Below are positions 24,761 to 36,795 of a DNA stretch of 64,000 nucleotides, piece by piece. A model generated the notes under the pieces. That model searched no databases. It saw nothing but the letters and a program-made list of their open reading frames with translations, and was not told the origin of the DNA. The DNA lies in assembly GCA_030390025.1 (NCBI GenBank), contig JASTWF010000034.1, positions 1,178,001-1,242,000 of the forward strand, written 5' to 3'. This DNA comes from Squalus acanthias. Its lineage: Eukaryota. Made by a program: the position numbers and the translations under genes. How positions within the stretch are numbered: the first letter of the stretch is position 1; each line of letters starts with the position of its first letter.

Positions 24761-25043
24761 CGAAGGCCAACAGTCGAATCTGTAAGTAAATACGGGGAAT
24801 GTTTGTGGCAAAGTTCGAGGTTGTTGTTATTATATTTGTTGACTGTTTTGTCGTTTATCTCCATGTTGTGAGGACAAGTTTTGTTAGTTCATGAATTGTT
24901 GGGCTTGTTTCTATTTGTTTGTCCTGAATAAATGGCACAGATTTTGTAACATAAATAATGTTTTTTATTGTTACTGTACATCTTTCCTGATTTGAATCAT
25001 TGCAGCTTTGCATCATCCCAGAAGCCATCTTCTCAGTAAGGGA

Positions 25044-26174
25044 TTAGAATCGGTGTCTTATCAGCCATTCACGGTCGGCCCTTGCAATGGCAACATAGTG
25101 CACCTCCCTCCCACGTTGGTGCTGCTGATCCTCCTCCTCCTCCTCCTCTCCCTCTTGCTCCTCCTCCTCAGGTGGTGCACCAATCCTGGTGGCAATGGTT
25201 GGGCCCTCACCATTGCAATGATATGAAGCATGCAGCACTCAACAATGAAGAGGAGACTCGCTCTGGAGATTACTGCAGGGCTCCTCCTGAGTGGTCCAGA
25301 CACCGGAACCGTTGTTTGAAGACCCCGAACGTCTACTCTGAGGTTCCTGTTGGCGCTTTGGCTCTCATTGTATTGCAGCTCGGCAGGGGTGTTGGGTTTA
25401 TGGAGCGGTGTCATCAGCCAGGAGCAGAGTGGATAACCCTTGTCCCCGAGAAGCCATCCACTAGGTTGACACGGCGTTTGGAAGAGATCTGTTGCAGGAT
25501 AAAAGTATCGTTGCTGCTGCCATGATGGCGGGCATTGACGGCGAGTATGAGCTGCCTGTGGTCACACACCCACTTGAAATTCAGAGAGTAGAAGCCCTTG
25601 TGGTTTCTGAAGACCTCTACATTCTCATGGGGTGCCCACAATGCCACATGCATGCAGTGAAAGGCGCTCTGAGCCATGGGGAAGCCCGCTATCCTCGCAG
25701 AGCCACATGCGCGTTCGCGCTGTTTTTCATGGGTCATGGGGAGAGATGTCCTGGCGTCTCCTCTTATACAAAGCCTTTGTCACCTTCCGGATGCAACAAT
25801 GAACAGCGAACTGGGAGATATTCACTTTGTTCCTTATAGAAGCCTGAAAGGAACCGCTGACTTAGAAATTCAGTGCCACTGTGAACTTCACTGCCACCGA
25901 CAGAGACGTCCTGGTCCTGAGCTGAGGCTGTAGATCTGGTTGCAGGAGGCGGCAGAGCTCAGTGATCACCTCCTTGCTGAAGCGCAGCCATTGGAAACAC
26001 TGCTCCTCAGACAAATGGAAAATAGGAGGAGAATTCCTCCCTGAATACCCTGGGAGGGTAAGGTATCATGATGGCCCTACTCCCTCTGGTCGCGTTTGCC
26101 GCTCTCTCTCTCCGCCTCTGCTGTCTCCGAAGGTGAAGCTGGACGATGACGCCCCAAGTTAGTGCAGCCCCCAT
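25044..26174 (-). pseudogene. Harbinger (HARBI1-type, DDE_Tnp_4) transposase pseudogene
   Basis: Motifs LRFSKEVITELC, IAGFP..SAFHCMHV (first catalytic D lost), [46 protein letters not shown]. Several stops and frameshifts. Confidence 0.9.
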
Positions 26175-26589
26175 CGAAGCTTCTAAATATCGTTAGAAGG
26201 AAGATGAAATAAAAATGAACCTCCAAATTGGTGCTCAGGACCCAAAACTCCTTCAGTGAGCGTCGAATCTCTCCAGACGTCTCTCTCGCTCTCAACCTGC
26301 TCCTATCGCCCCGTTACCCCTCCTCCCCCGAAGGTGCTCAGGGGAGGTGGTCACCAACCGACTTTTCCCACCATGATTATCTGTGTTTCTCTCTTTGTCG
26401 TTCCCCATCCCATCCGCGCTGCTGTCAGCTATTGATTCTGAAGGTGAATTCGTGTTACCAAGATTCAAATGTTCAACTCAAGTACATTTATTGAAGGTGA
26501 CTCTTTATTTAACGAATTTCAGTCTGCTACCGACACTGAACATTTGTATCAGGTCAGAAGAATGCTGTCTTGGTTTAGGAGACTCTTCA

Positions 26590-26730
26590 CCTAATGACGA
26601 AAGGCCATCGACCTGAAACATTAATTCTGTTTCTCTCTCTCTCCACAGATGCTGCCTGACCCGCTGAGTATTTCCATCATTTTCTGTTTTTATTTCAGAT
26701 TTCCAGTATCCGCAGTATTTTGCGTTTGAT
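26590..26730 (+). mobile_element. Penelope-like pseudo-LTR fragment (family 2) with degenerate hammerhead
   Basis: Matches 11505-11632 (gacctgaaac...ctccacagatgctgcctgacc...tttcagatttcca...ccgcagtattttgc). The core reads augacga instead of cugauga. Confidence 0.75.
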
Positions 26731-28044
26731 TTCACCTAATGCTCGGTCTGGTTACTTACAGAGTCACAGGAACAAATCCTGGCAGATCACATCCACATCT
26801 TTAAATGTGTGAAATATCCGCTAATCATTCAGTTCCAGTCAGTGTCTCCTTTCCCACCCTCTCCAGTTCTGCATTATTGGCACTGCTTCTGATGGTTAAA
26901 GTAGGATTACAAGGATAATTTACATTCTCAAAAAACGTTAATTCAGCCAGATTTCAATACATTTATTTCTGATCATTGATTTGAATTTACAATTGGATCC
27001 CATGCCCGTCTGTCACGGTTCAGTGGATCTGTCAGTGAGACCCAGAGTGATTCTCTATTGCCTCCTGCTGTACTTCAGGATAAACAATCCCAGCTGATTG
27101 TAACTGAATTACTGAGGATAAGAACATCCTTTGATATCTTCTCGTCTAATATTCTCTGCACAAGTTGGAAACAACAGGTGAAAAAGTACAAGGATAAATC
27201 TCTTCCATTTGTGTTCAGATACTTTACAGCAGCATTCAGCGGCACTTTGCCTGTGGGTTAAGTCGTCTGATTTCGATGCTGATAAATGCATTTAGTGGGA
27301 CATTACCTGGTCAATCATCACTATTTACTTTAATTCAGAGTCCATTATTTGCAATGTTACTTGGCAAATTTTACTTTCAATAAGCTAGAATTTGTGTATT
27401 TCAACAAAAATGCAGAAATCTCTATCTTCAAAGCATATCTGACAGCCCAGTTATTTTCATAACTGCAGTGCACTTGTATTTATTATCTTAGCATTGTCGT
27501 ATTACATCCGTACATTTTACATGCAATTGTCTGTAATTATTGCATGCCAAGGTTGCAGTTTCTGTATTTTGCTGTTGCATTCATTTTCAGTTCTAAATAG
27601 AATGGATATTCTGACCAGGAGCAGGAATCCAAGTGGGATTTCCCCCTCCCGAACACAGGGGCACAGAAGCGAACTGCACTGCTCCAAATGCTGACTGATC
27701 CCGGGACACGAAGGCTTCCTGAGAGGGTCTGGTCCTTTGGGTCCCTGGTACCTCGGGCGGTGCTTTTGGCTGCTGGGCTAAATGTAGATCGATCATTTAA
27801 TCTCTCCTTGATCAAACATCTGTTACTTTCATATTGTATTTATTCCCATTTCAGTTATTGATTCCACAATGTATTCCTGATTATTCTTACAATAAGCCCT
27901 GTATTCAGCTCCACAGGTAATAGGATTAGATTTTATCATTGAATGTCGCTAGTGAGTTGCAGATTTCACCCCGAATTCCATCAAACTGTTGCATTTTCTC
28001 CCAGCCTGATGAATAATTTCCCTGTTGATTACCCTTCCACACAG

Positions 28045-28945
28045 TGAACTTAGTGACGATTGTGATCCTGTCTCGGGGAAAGTGCGGTCTCTCCAAATGT
28101 GTCACTCGCTACCTGGTGGCCATGGCAGCGGCGGATCTACTGGTCGTTATCCTCGACCTGATATTGAGGCACATTCCGATTGTTTATATGGAACAGTTTT
28201 ATTTCGTGTATTCCATCCGCGTGTGTAATATCCACGCCGTGCTGCTGTTCACAGCCTCAGACTGTTCTGTCTCGTTCACCGTCACTTTCACCTTTGATCG
28301 ATTTGTGGCCATTTGTTGCCAGAAGCTGAAAACTAAATATTGCACCGAGAAAACGGCGGCTGTGGTTCTGGGAACAGTGACTGTGCTGAGCGGTTTAAAG
28401 AACATCACCTGGTATTTTATGTTGACAGATCGGTATTGGCTTCTGAACAACCCCTGGTTTTGTGATGTCACAATCGATGTTCAGTATTCACGGGTCTGGG
28501 GAACAATCGAGTTCCTTCATTATATTCTCACCCCGTGTGTCCCATTTGTGGTAATTCTGCTGCTCAATGCTGTCACCGTCAGACACATTTTAGTGGCCAG
28601 CAGAGCCCGCTGAGACTCCGGGGTCCCAGCAGTGGAGAGAGTCCCAGAGACCCAGAGATGGAGAGCCGCAGGAAATCCATCATTTTACTGCTTGTTATCT
28701 CTGGCAATTTCATCCTGTTATGGGCAGTGTTTATGGTGTATTCTATATGGGGCCGGCTGTGGTGGTTGGGGTATTATTCTGTAGATCTACCTAGTTATGT
28801 AATGGAACTGGGATTCATGCTGCAGCTGCTGAGTTGCTGCACAAACACTGGGATTTACGCTGTGACCCAGACTAAGTTCAGAGAGCAGTTGAAGAATGTG
28901 GGGAAATATCCCTTTACTCTGATTGTAAAATTCATGAAAGGATGA
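28045..28945 (+). pseudogene. GPR139-like class A GPCR, coding exon 2 (TM1-TM7), frameshifted near 28611
   Basis: Acceptor ccttccacacag|tg. TM2 YLVAMAAADLLV, TM3 TFDRFVAIC and TM5 PCVPF...LNAVTV end at TGA 28611-28613. TM6-7 (RRKSIILLLVISGNFILLW, LLSCCTNTGIY, KFR) continue in another frame to 28945. Confidence 0.9.
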
Positions 28946-28998
28946 GAAGAAGCGGAGACTTTGCAGTCCAAGAGTTGACAGTTCCCTGGGCCTGATAT

Positions 28999-29360
28999 TG
29001 TGGGGCCCCGCCCAAAGATGGCTGCTCTGGGGCCCCGCACAAAGATGGTGGCTCCGGGTCCACGCACAAAGATGGGGGCACTGGCGCTCCGCACAAAGAT
29101 GGCGCCTCTGGCGCTCAGCAAAAAATGGTGGCTCTGGAACCCCGCTCAAAGAGGGCGGTACCCGCGCCCTGCACAAAGATGGCGTCTCTGGGGACCAGCA
29201 CAAAAAGTAGTCTCGGGGCGCAGCACCCGCGCCCTGCACAAATATGGCGGCTCCGGCGCCCGACAGAAAGATGGCGGCACTGGGGCCCCGCACAAAGATT
29301 GCGGCTCTGGGGCCCCGCACAAGGATTGCGGCTCTGGGGCCCCGCACAAGGATTGCGGCA
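28999..29360. repeat. 27-bp CpG-rich minisatellite, about 13 copies
   Basis: Unit ggggccccgcacaaagatggcggctct; aagatgg recurs at 29015, 29042, 29069, 29096, 29177, 29268. Confidence 0.9.
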
Positions 29361-29899
29361 GTCACTCGGGGTCTTTCCCTGGCGGCGGGAGGCGAGTATC
29401 TGGATGGCGGGAGCAGTTGGAGTCCCGGTTACTGTGAGAGCGGGCGGCGAGGCGGAGCAGCCTGGCCCGGCACGGCCCACAGGACCCCGAGCAGCCCAGC
29501 CCGGGGAGGAGATGGCCCGGCACCAGGACTTTATTAGTCATTACAACACTTTAAAATCATTACACCACTTTACAGATCTTTTATAACCCTTTATAAATCA
29601 TTATGACCATTAATAAAACATTATGACGCTTTTTCAATCATTATGACACTTAATAAATCATTTTTATAACTAATTCTTGGGATGTGGGCACTGCTGACAA
29701 GGCCAGCATTTATTTCCCATCAGCAGGTGGTGGGGAGCCGCCTGAGACAAGTGAATGTCTTGCTGGGCCATTTCAGAGTCAACCACATTGCAGTGAGTCT
29801 GGATTTACATTTCAGCCAGATCAGGTAAGGACAGCAGATTTCCTTCCCGATAGGCCATTAGTGAACCAGGTGGAACTTTACGACAATCCGGTACATTCC

Positions 29900-30095
29900 T
29901 GATGTGGAGATGCCGGTGTTGGACTGGGGTGGACAAAAGTGAGAAGTTGCACAACACCAGGTTATAGTCCAACAGCTTTATTTGAAATCACAAGCTTTCG
30001 GAGCGCTGCTCCTTCGTCAGGTGAAGTGAAGAGATGCATATAGGCACAGCATATATAGTCAGAGAACACAGCCAGATGACTACAGTTAATCTTAT
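29900..30095 (-). mobile_element. Penelope-like pseudo-LTR with tail (family 1 relative)
   Basis: Reverse complement of 14160-14283 including the tail ccccagtccaacaccggcatctccacatca. Confidence 0.82.
29988..30024 (-). ncRNA. Minimal hammerhead ribozyme motif
   Basis: ucac CUGACGA a GGAGC-agc-GCUCC GAAA GCUU guga. Confidence 0.75.
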
Positions 30096-30270
30096 CTTGT
30101 CTGCTTTCATGGTCACCCTTATTGACACAAGCTTTTTATTCCAGATTGGTTTAATTAATTGAATTTAAATTCCCCCAGATGGTGGGATTTAAACCCATGT
30201 CTCTGGATCATTTGTCCAGTCATCTGGTATTAACGAGTCCAGCAACATAAACACTATGCTACCGTACCCT

Positions 30271-30460
30271 TCAAATATATCGCCGTTCTTGCATCGTCAC
30301 TGGGTCAAAAGCTTGAAAATCCTTCAGTAACAGTATTGTGGGAGCACCTTCACCACACGGACTGTAGCGGCTCAAGATGAAGGCCCACCATTTTCTCATG
30401 GGTAACTGGGGATGGGCAAGTGATACCAACCTTGACAGCGTCACCCCTAGCCTGAGAACA
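30271..30460 (+). mobile_element. L2/Crack-group LINE 3' fragment
   Basis: Diverged reverse complement of 12170-12355 (catcgtcactgggtcaaaa...gtgggagcaccttcaccaca). Confidence 0.7.
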
Positions 30461-30709
30461 AATACATCGAAATAATAAAATAGGATTAAAATCAATGATT
30501 TTACAATTCATTGATTGAAACGAGATGAGGCCTGTGACCAGAGCGGGGCGTCAAGTACGCTAAACAAATTGTCAACCCCACTTGGATCTCCAATTCTATC
30601 GTTGTATGATTGATACTACTCACACTTTCCCAATCATTACAAAAGGTGCTTAATAAAGGATCACATATTACCAAAATTGAAGCCCATGGGATTAAAGTGG
30701 CAGTGACAA

Positions 30710-33700
30710 CAGTGAGTGGTGTGGGGTTTATCAGAGTGTTACAATGAGGTGTGGTGTATATTAGAGTGTTACAGTGAGGGGTGTGGGGTATATCAGTATG
30801 TAAGATAGAATTACATTGAGGGGTTTATCAGAGTATAACAATGAGGTGTGGTGTATATCAGAGTGTTACAGTGAGGGGTGTGGGGTATATCAGTGTGTTG
30901 CAGTGAGGGGTGTGCAGCATATCAGAGTGTTACAGTGCGGGGGTTGGGGCATATCAGTGTATTACAGTGAGGGGTGTGGGGTATATCAGCATGTGCAGTG
31001 AGGTGTGTGGGGTATATCAGAGTGTTATAGTGAGTCATGTGGGGTATATCAGAGTGTTAATGTGAAGGATGTGGGATACATCAGAGTATTACAGTGAGAG
31101 GTGACGGCTAAATCACAGCTTTACAGCGAGTGGTGTGGGGTACATCAAAGTGTTACAGCAAGATGTGTGCGGTATATCAGAGCATTACAGTGAGGCATGT
31201 GGGATATATCAGAGTGTTAAAGTGAGGTCAGTGGGGTATATCGGTCTGTGACTGTGAGAGGTTTGTAATATATAAGAGGATTAAATTAAGGGGTATATCA
31301 GAGTGGTACAGAGAGGTGTGTGAGGTATATCAGTGTGTTATAGTCAGGGGCGTGGGTTTATATCAAAGATCTACCGTGAGAGGTGTGGGGTACATCAGAG
31401 CAATACAATGAGCGGTGTCGGGTATATCAGAGTGTTACAGTGAGGGTTATGGAGTATATCAGTGTGTTACAGTGAGGGGTGTCGGGTATATCAGAGTGTT
31501 ACAGTGAGGGGTGTGGGGTATATCAGTGTTACAGTGAGGGGTGTGGGGTATATCAGTGTTACAGTGAGGGGTGTGGGGTATATCAGTGTGTTACAGTGAG
31601 GGGTGTGGGGTATATCAGTGTTACAGTGAGGGGTGTGGGGTATATCAGTGTTACAGTGAGGGGTGTCGGGTATATCAGAGTGTTACAGTGAGGGGTGTGG
31701 GGTATATCAGTGTTACAGTGAGGGGTGTGGGGTATATCAGTGTTACAGTGAGGGGTGTGGGGTATATCAGAGAGTTTTACAGTGAGGGGTGTGGAGTATA
31801 TCAGAGAGTTTTACAGTGAGGGGTGTGGAGTATATCAGAGTGTGTTACAGTGAGGGGTATGGAGTATATCAGAGTGTTACAGTGAGGGGTATGGAGTATA
31901 TCAGAGTGTTACAGTGAGGGGTATGGAGTATATCAGAGAGTGTTACAGTGAGGGGTTATGGAGTATATCAGAGTGTTACAGTGAGGGGGTATGGAATATA
32001 TCAGAGAGTGTTACAGTGAGGGTTATGGAGTATATCAGAGTGTGTTACAGTGAGGGGTATGGAGTATATCAGAGAGTGTTACAGTGAGGGGTATGGAGTA
32101 TATCAGAGAGTGTTACAGTGAGGGGTGTGGGGTATATCAGAGTGTTACAGTGAGGGGTATGGAGTATATCAGTGTTACAGTGAGGGGTGTGGGGTATATC
32201 AGAGTGTTACAGTGAGGGGTATGGAGTATATCAGTGTTACAGTGAGGGGTGTGGGGTATATCAGAGAGTGTTACAGTGAGGGGTATGGAGTATATCAGAG
32301 TGTTACAGTGAGGGGTATGGAGTATATCAGAGAGTGTTACAGTGAGGGGTGTTGGGTATATCAGAGTGATACAGTGAGGGGTATGGAGTATATCAGAGTG
32401 TTACAGTGAGGGGTATGGAGTATATCAGAGAGTGTTACAGTGAGGGGTGTTGCGTATATCAGATTGTTATAGTGAGGGTGTGGGGTATAACAGAGTGTTA
32501 CAGTGAGGGGTGTGGAGTATATCAGACAGTATTACAGTAAGGGGTGTGGAGTATATCAGAGTGTTACAGTGAGGGGTGTGGAGTATATCAGAGAGTGTTA
32601 CAGTGAGGGGTATGGAGTATATCAGAGAGTGTTACAGTGAGGGGTGTGGAGTATATCAGAGAGTGTTACAGTGAGGGGTGTGGAGTATATCAGAGAGTGT
32701 TACAGTGAGGGGTGTGGGGTATATCAGAGAGTGTTACAGTGAGGGGTATGGAGTATATCAGAGTGTGTTACAGTGAGGGGTGTGGAGTATATCAGAGTGT
32801 GTTACAGTGAGGGGTATGGAGTATATCAGAGAGTGTTACAGTGAGGGGTATGGAGTATATCAGAGTGTTACAGCGTGGGGTATGGAGTATATCAGAGAGC
32901 GTTACAGTGACGGGCGTGGGGTACATCACAGTAATATAATGAGCAGTGTTGGGTTCATTAACACAGTGTTACAGTGAGAGGTGTGGTGTATAACAGAGTA
33001 ATACAATAAGCGGTGTTGGGTTAATTAACACAGTGTTACAGTGAGAGGTGTGTATAACAGAGTGTTACAATCAGGGGTTTGGGTTTATATGAGTGTTTTA
33101 CATTGATGGGTGTGGGGTATATCAGTGTTACAGTAAGGGGTGTTGGGTATATAGAAATTTACAGTGAGGGGTGTGTGGGGTATATCAGAGTGTTGTAATC
33201 AGGGGAGTGCGTTTACATCAAAGATCTACCGTGAGAGATGTGGGGTACATCAGAGTAATACAATGAGGGGTGTCGGGTATATCAGAGTGTTACAGTGAGG
33301 GGTATGGAGTATATCAGAGTGTTACAGTGAGGGGTGTGGAGTATATCAGAGTAATACAGTGAGGGGTATGGAGTATATCAGAGAGCGTTACAGTGACGGG
33401 CGTGGGGTACATCACAGTAATACAATGAGCAGTGCTGGGTTAATTAACACAGTGTTACAGTGAGAGGTGTGGTGTATAACAGAGTATTACAATCAGGGGT
33501 GTGGGTTTATATGAGTGTTTTACATTTAGGGGTGTTGGGTATATCAGAATGTTATAGTGAGGGGTGTGGGGTATATCAGATTATTACAGTGAGGGGTGTG
33601 GGGTACATCAGACTATTGCAGTGAGGGGTGTGGGGTATATCAAATTGTTACAGCGAGGGGTGTGGAGTATATCAGAGTGTTAAAGTGAGGTGAGTTGGGT

Positions 33701-34248
33701 CTATCGGTCTGTTGCAGTAAGAGGTTTGGGATATGTAAGAGAATTTAAGTGAATGGTGTGGGTTATATCAGAGTGTTAAAGGGATGTGAGTGGGGTATAT
33801 CGGTCTGTTACAGTGAGAGGTTTGAAATATGTAAGAGAGGATTAAATTATGGGGTATATCAGAGTGTTAATGAGGTGTGTGAGGTATATCAGAGTGTTAA
33901 ATTGAGGGGAGCGGCGTATATCAGAGTGTTACCATAAGGGTGTGGGGTATATCGGTGTGTTACACGAAGGCATGTGTGGGGTATATCAGAGTGTTGTAGT
34001 TACGGGAGTGGGTTTGCATCAGAGTGCTACAGTTACGGGTGTGGGGTACATCTGAGTAATGCAATGAGCGGTGTTGGGCATATCAGAGTGTTACAGTGAG
34101 GGGTGTGGTGTATAACAGAGTGTTACAGTTAGGGGTCTGGGGTTATATCAGTGTGTTACATTGAGGGGTGTCGGGTATATCAGAGTGTTACAGCGAGGGA
34201 AATGGAGTATATCACAAAGTGTTACAGTGAGGGGAGTGGGGTATTTCC
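30710..34248. repeat. 30-34 bp GT-rich minisatellite, homogeneous core with degenerate flanks
   Basis: Unit tgttacagtgaggggtgtggggtatatcag with added ag dinucleotides. Confidence 0.95.
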
Positions 34249-34862
34249 AGAGGGATAGAATTGCAAAGCAGGGAGGTTATGTTAAACTTGTACTGACCCT
34301 GGGTTAGATCATACTTGGAGTACTGTGAAAAGCTCTGGTCTCCATATTATTACGAGGGGCCCAATGGCCTACTCCTGCTCTTATTTCTTATGTTCTTAAT
34401 ATAGAGGCACTGCAGAAGGAGATTTGTAAGGATGATCCTAGAACTGAGAGGATATAATTATCTGGACAGGCTGAACAGGCTGGGTCTCTTTTCTCTTGAG
34501 AATGCTGATGGATGACCGGTTAGAGGTCTTTAAGATTATGAGAAGGTTATAAAGGGTGGTCGTGGAGAAAATGTTTCCACTTGTGGGAGTCCAAAACTGG
34601 AGATCATCAATATAAGATAGTCACTAATAAATCCAATGGAGAATTCAGGAGAAATTCTTCACCCAAAGAGAGGTGAGAATGTGGAACTCGCTACCACAGG
34701 GAGTAGTGGAGGCGGATAGTACAGATGCATTTAAGGAGAAGCTCGATAAACACATGAGGGAGAAAGGAATATAAGGTTATGCTAATAGAATTAGATGAAG
34801 AGGGGTGAGAGGAGGCTTGTGTGGGGAATAAACACCGGCACAAACCAATTGGGCAGAATAGG
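34249..34862 (+). mobile_element. Old CR1 3' fragment
   Basis: agggatagaattgcaaagcagggaggttatg...gttagatcatacttggagtactgtg...gtggaactcgctaccacagg. Confidence 0.75.
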
Positions 34863-36159
34863 TCAGAGGCAGAGTAAATCTACCCCAACACTGCCCCATC
34901 AAACTCTCCCAGGACAGGCACAACACGACTTAGACACAATGTAAATCTCCCTCAGCACTGTCCCATCAAACACTCCCAGGGCAGTTTCAGCAAAGGTTAG
35001 ATACAGAGTAAAGGTCCCTCTACACTGGCCCAACAAACTCTCACAGGGCAGGTACAGCACAGGTTAGATACAGAGTAAAGCTCCCTCGACACTGTCCCAA
35101 CAAACACTCCCAGGGCAGGTACAGCACGGGTTAGATACAGAGTAAAGCTCCCTCGACACTGTCCCAACAAACACTCCCAGGGCAGGTACAGCACGGGTTA
35201 GATACAGAGTAAAGCTCCCTCGACACTGTCCCATCAAACACTCCCAGGGCAGGTACAGCACTGGTTAGATACAGAGTAAAGCTCCCTCTACACTGTCCCA
35301 TCAAACACTCCCAGGGCAGGTACAGCACGGGTTAGATACAGAGTAAAGCTCCCTCTACGCTGTCCCATCAAACACTCCCGGGGCAGGTACAGCACTGGTT
35401 AGATATAGAGTAAAGCGCTCTCTGCACTGTCCCATAAAACTCCGCATCATGACCATAAAACTCTCCCAGGGCAGGTACAGCATGGGTAAGATACAGAGTA
35501 AAGCTCCCTCGACACTGTCCCATCAAACACTCCCGGGGCAGGTACAGCACTGGTGAGATATAGAGTAAAGCGCTCTCTGCACTGTCCCATAAAACTCTCC
35601 CAGGGCAGGTACAGCATGGGTAAGATACAGAGTAAAACTCCCTCGACACTGTCCCATCAAACACTCCCGCGGCAGGTACAGCACTGGTGAGATATAGAGT
35701 AAAGCGCTCTCTGCACTGTCCCATAAAACTCTCCCAGGGCAGGTACAGCATGGGTAAGATACAGAGTAAAGCTCCCTCGACACTGTCCCATCAAACACTC
35801 CTGGGGCAGGTACAGCACTGGTGAGATATAGAGTAAAGCGCTCTCTGCACTGTCCCATAAAACTCTCCCAGGGCAAGAACAGCAAGGATTAGAAACAGAA
35901 TAAAGCTCCCTCTACCATGTCCCATCAAACACACCCAGGGCAGTTTCAGCACAGGTTAGATACAAAATAATTCTCACTCTACACTGTCCCATCAAACACT
36001 CCCAGGGCATGTTCAGAACATGTTTGACAGAGAGTAAAGTTCCCTCTAAACTGTCCCGCCAAACGCTCCCAGGGCAGGTGCAGCACGGGTTAGATACAGC
36101 GTAAAGCTCCCTCTACACTGTCCCATAAAAGGACCTCAGGGCAGGTTCAGTCCATGTTT

Positions 36160-36795
36160 GAAACATAGAAAAATAGGTGCAGGAGTAGGCCATTCGGCCT
36201 TTCGAGCCTGCTCCGCCATTCAACGTGATCATGGCTGCTCCTCTATCTCAGTACCAAATTCCTGGTCTCTCCCCATACGCCTTGATGCCTTTTGTGTCTA
36301 GAAATCTATCTCCTTCTTAAATATATTCAGTGATTTGGACTCCAAAGCATCTGTGCTAGAGAATTCCACAGGTTCACCACCCTCTGAGTGAAGATATTTC
36401 TCCTCATCTCAGTCCTAAATGTCCTACCCCGTATCCTGAAACTGTGACCCCTCGTTCTAGACACCCCAGCCAGGGGAAACATCCTCCCTGCATCCAGTCT
36501 GTCTAGCACTGTAGAATTGTATACGTTTCAATCAGATGCCCACTCCTTCTTCTAATCTCTAGTGAATACAGGCCTAGTCGTCCCAACCTCTCCTAAAACG
36601 ACAGTCTTGTCATCCCAGGAATCAGTCTGGTGAACCTTCGTTGCACTCCATCTATGGCAAGTATATCCTTTCTTAGGTAGGGAGACAAAACAGCACACAG
36701 TACACCAGGTGTGGTCTCACCAAGGCCCTGTATAACTGTAGTAAGACATTCTTGCTCCTGTACTCAAATCCTCTTGCAATGAACGCCGACATACC
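36160..36795 (-). mobile_element. CR1 3' fragment inserted in the satellite
   Basis: Tail gaaacatagaaaaataggtgcaggagtaggcc; ORFs 36327-36509 and 36673-36855; gtttga at both junctions. Confidence 0.87.

Larger units (their letters stand above)
16960..26370. mobile_element. Decayed PIF/Harbinger DNA transposon in the GPCR intron (terminal inverted repeats not identified)
   Basis: Myb/SANT-like gene on + and HARBI1-type DDE transposase on -, arranged convergently, which is the two-gene Harbinger organisation. Ends are approximate. Confidence 0.85.
29675..30270 (-). mobile_element. tRNA-headed SINE with a Crack/L2-like 3' tail, interrupted by a Penelope fragment
   Basis: Reverse strand begins gggtacggtagcatagtg with a B-box-like gggtttaaatccc. 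The tail 29678-29721 matches the LINE end at 12170-12216. Confidence 0.6.

Noticed and set aside
16966..26174. Domesticated host genes NAIF1/HARBI1
   Set aside because: Multiple stops, frameshifts, loss of the first catalytic Asp and the paired transposon layout indicate a dead transposon copy.
26300..26380. Harbinger terminal inverted repeat and TWA target duplication
   Set aside because: I could not find a matching inverted sequence near 16935-16965.
27605..27790. GC-richer intronic patch, possibly an old SINE
   Set aside because: No convincing Pol III boxes, tail or second copy in the window.
30710..34248. tacagtg repeats as V(D)J recombination signal heptamers
   Set aside because: The essential CAC start is absent, there is no nonamer at 12 or 23 nt spacing, and no Ig/TCR segments are present.
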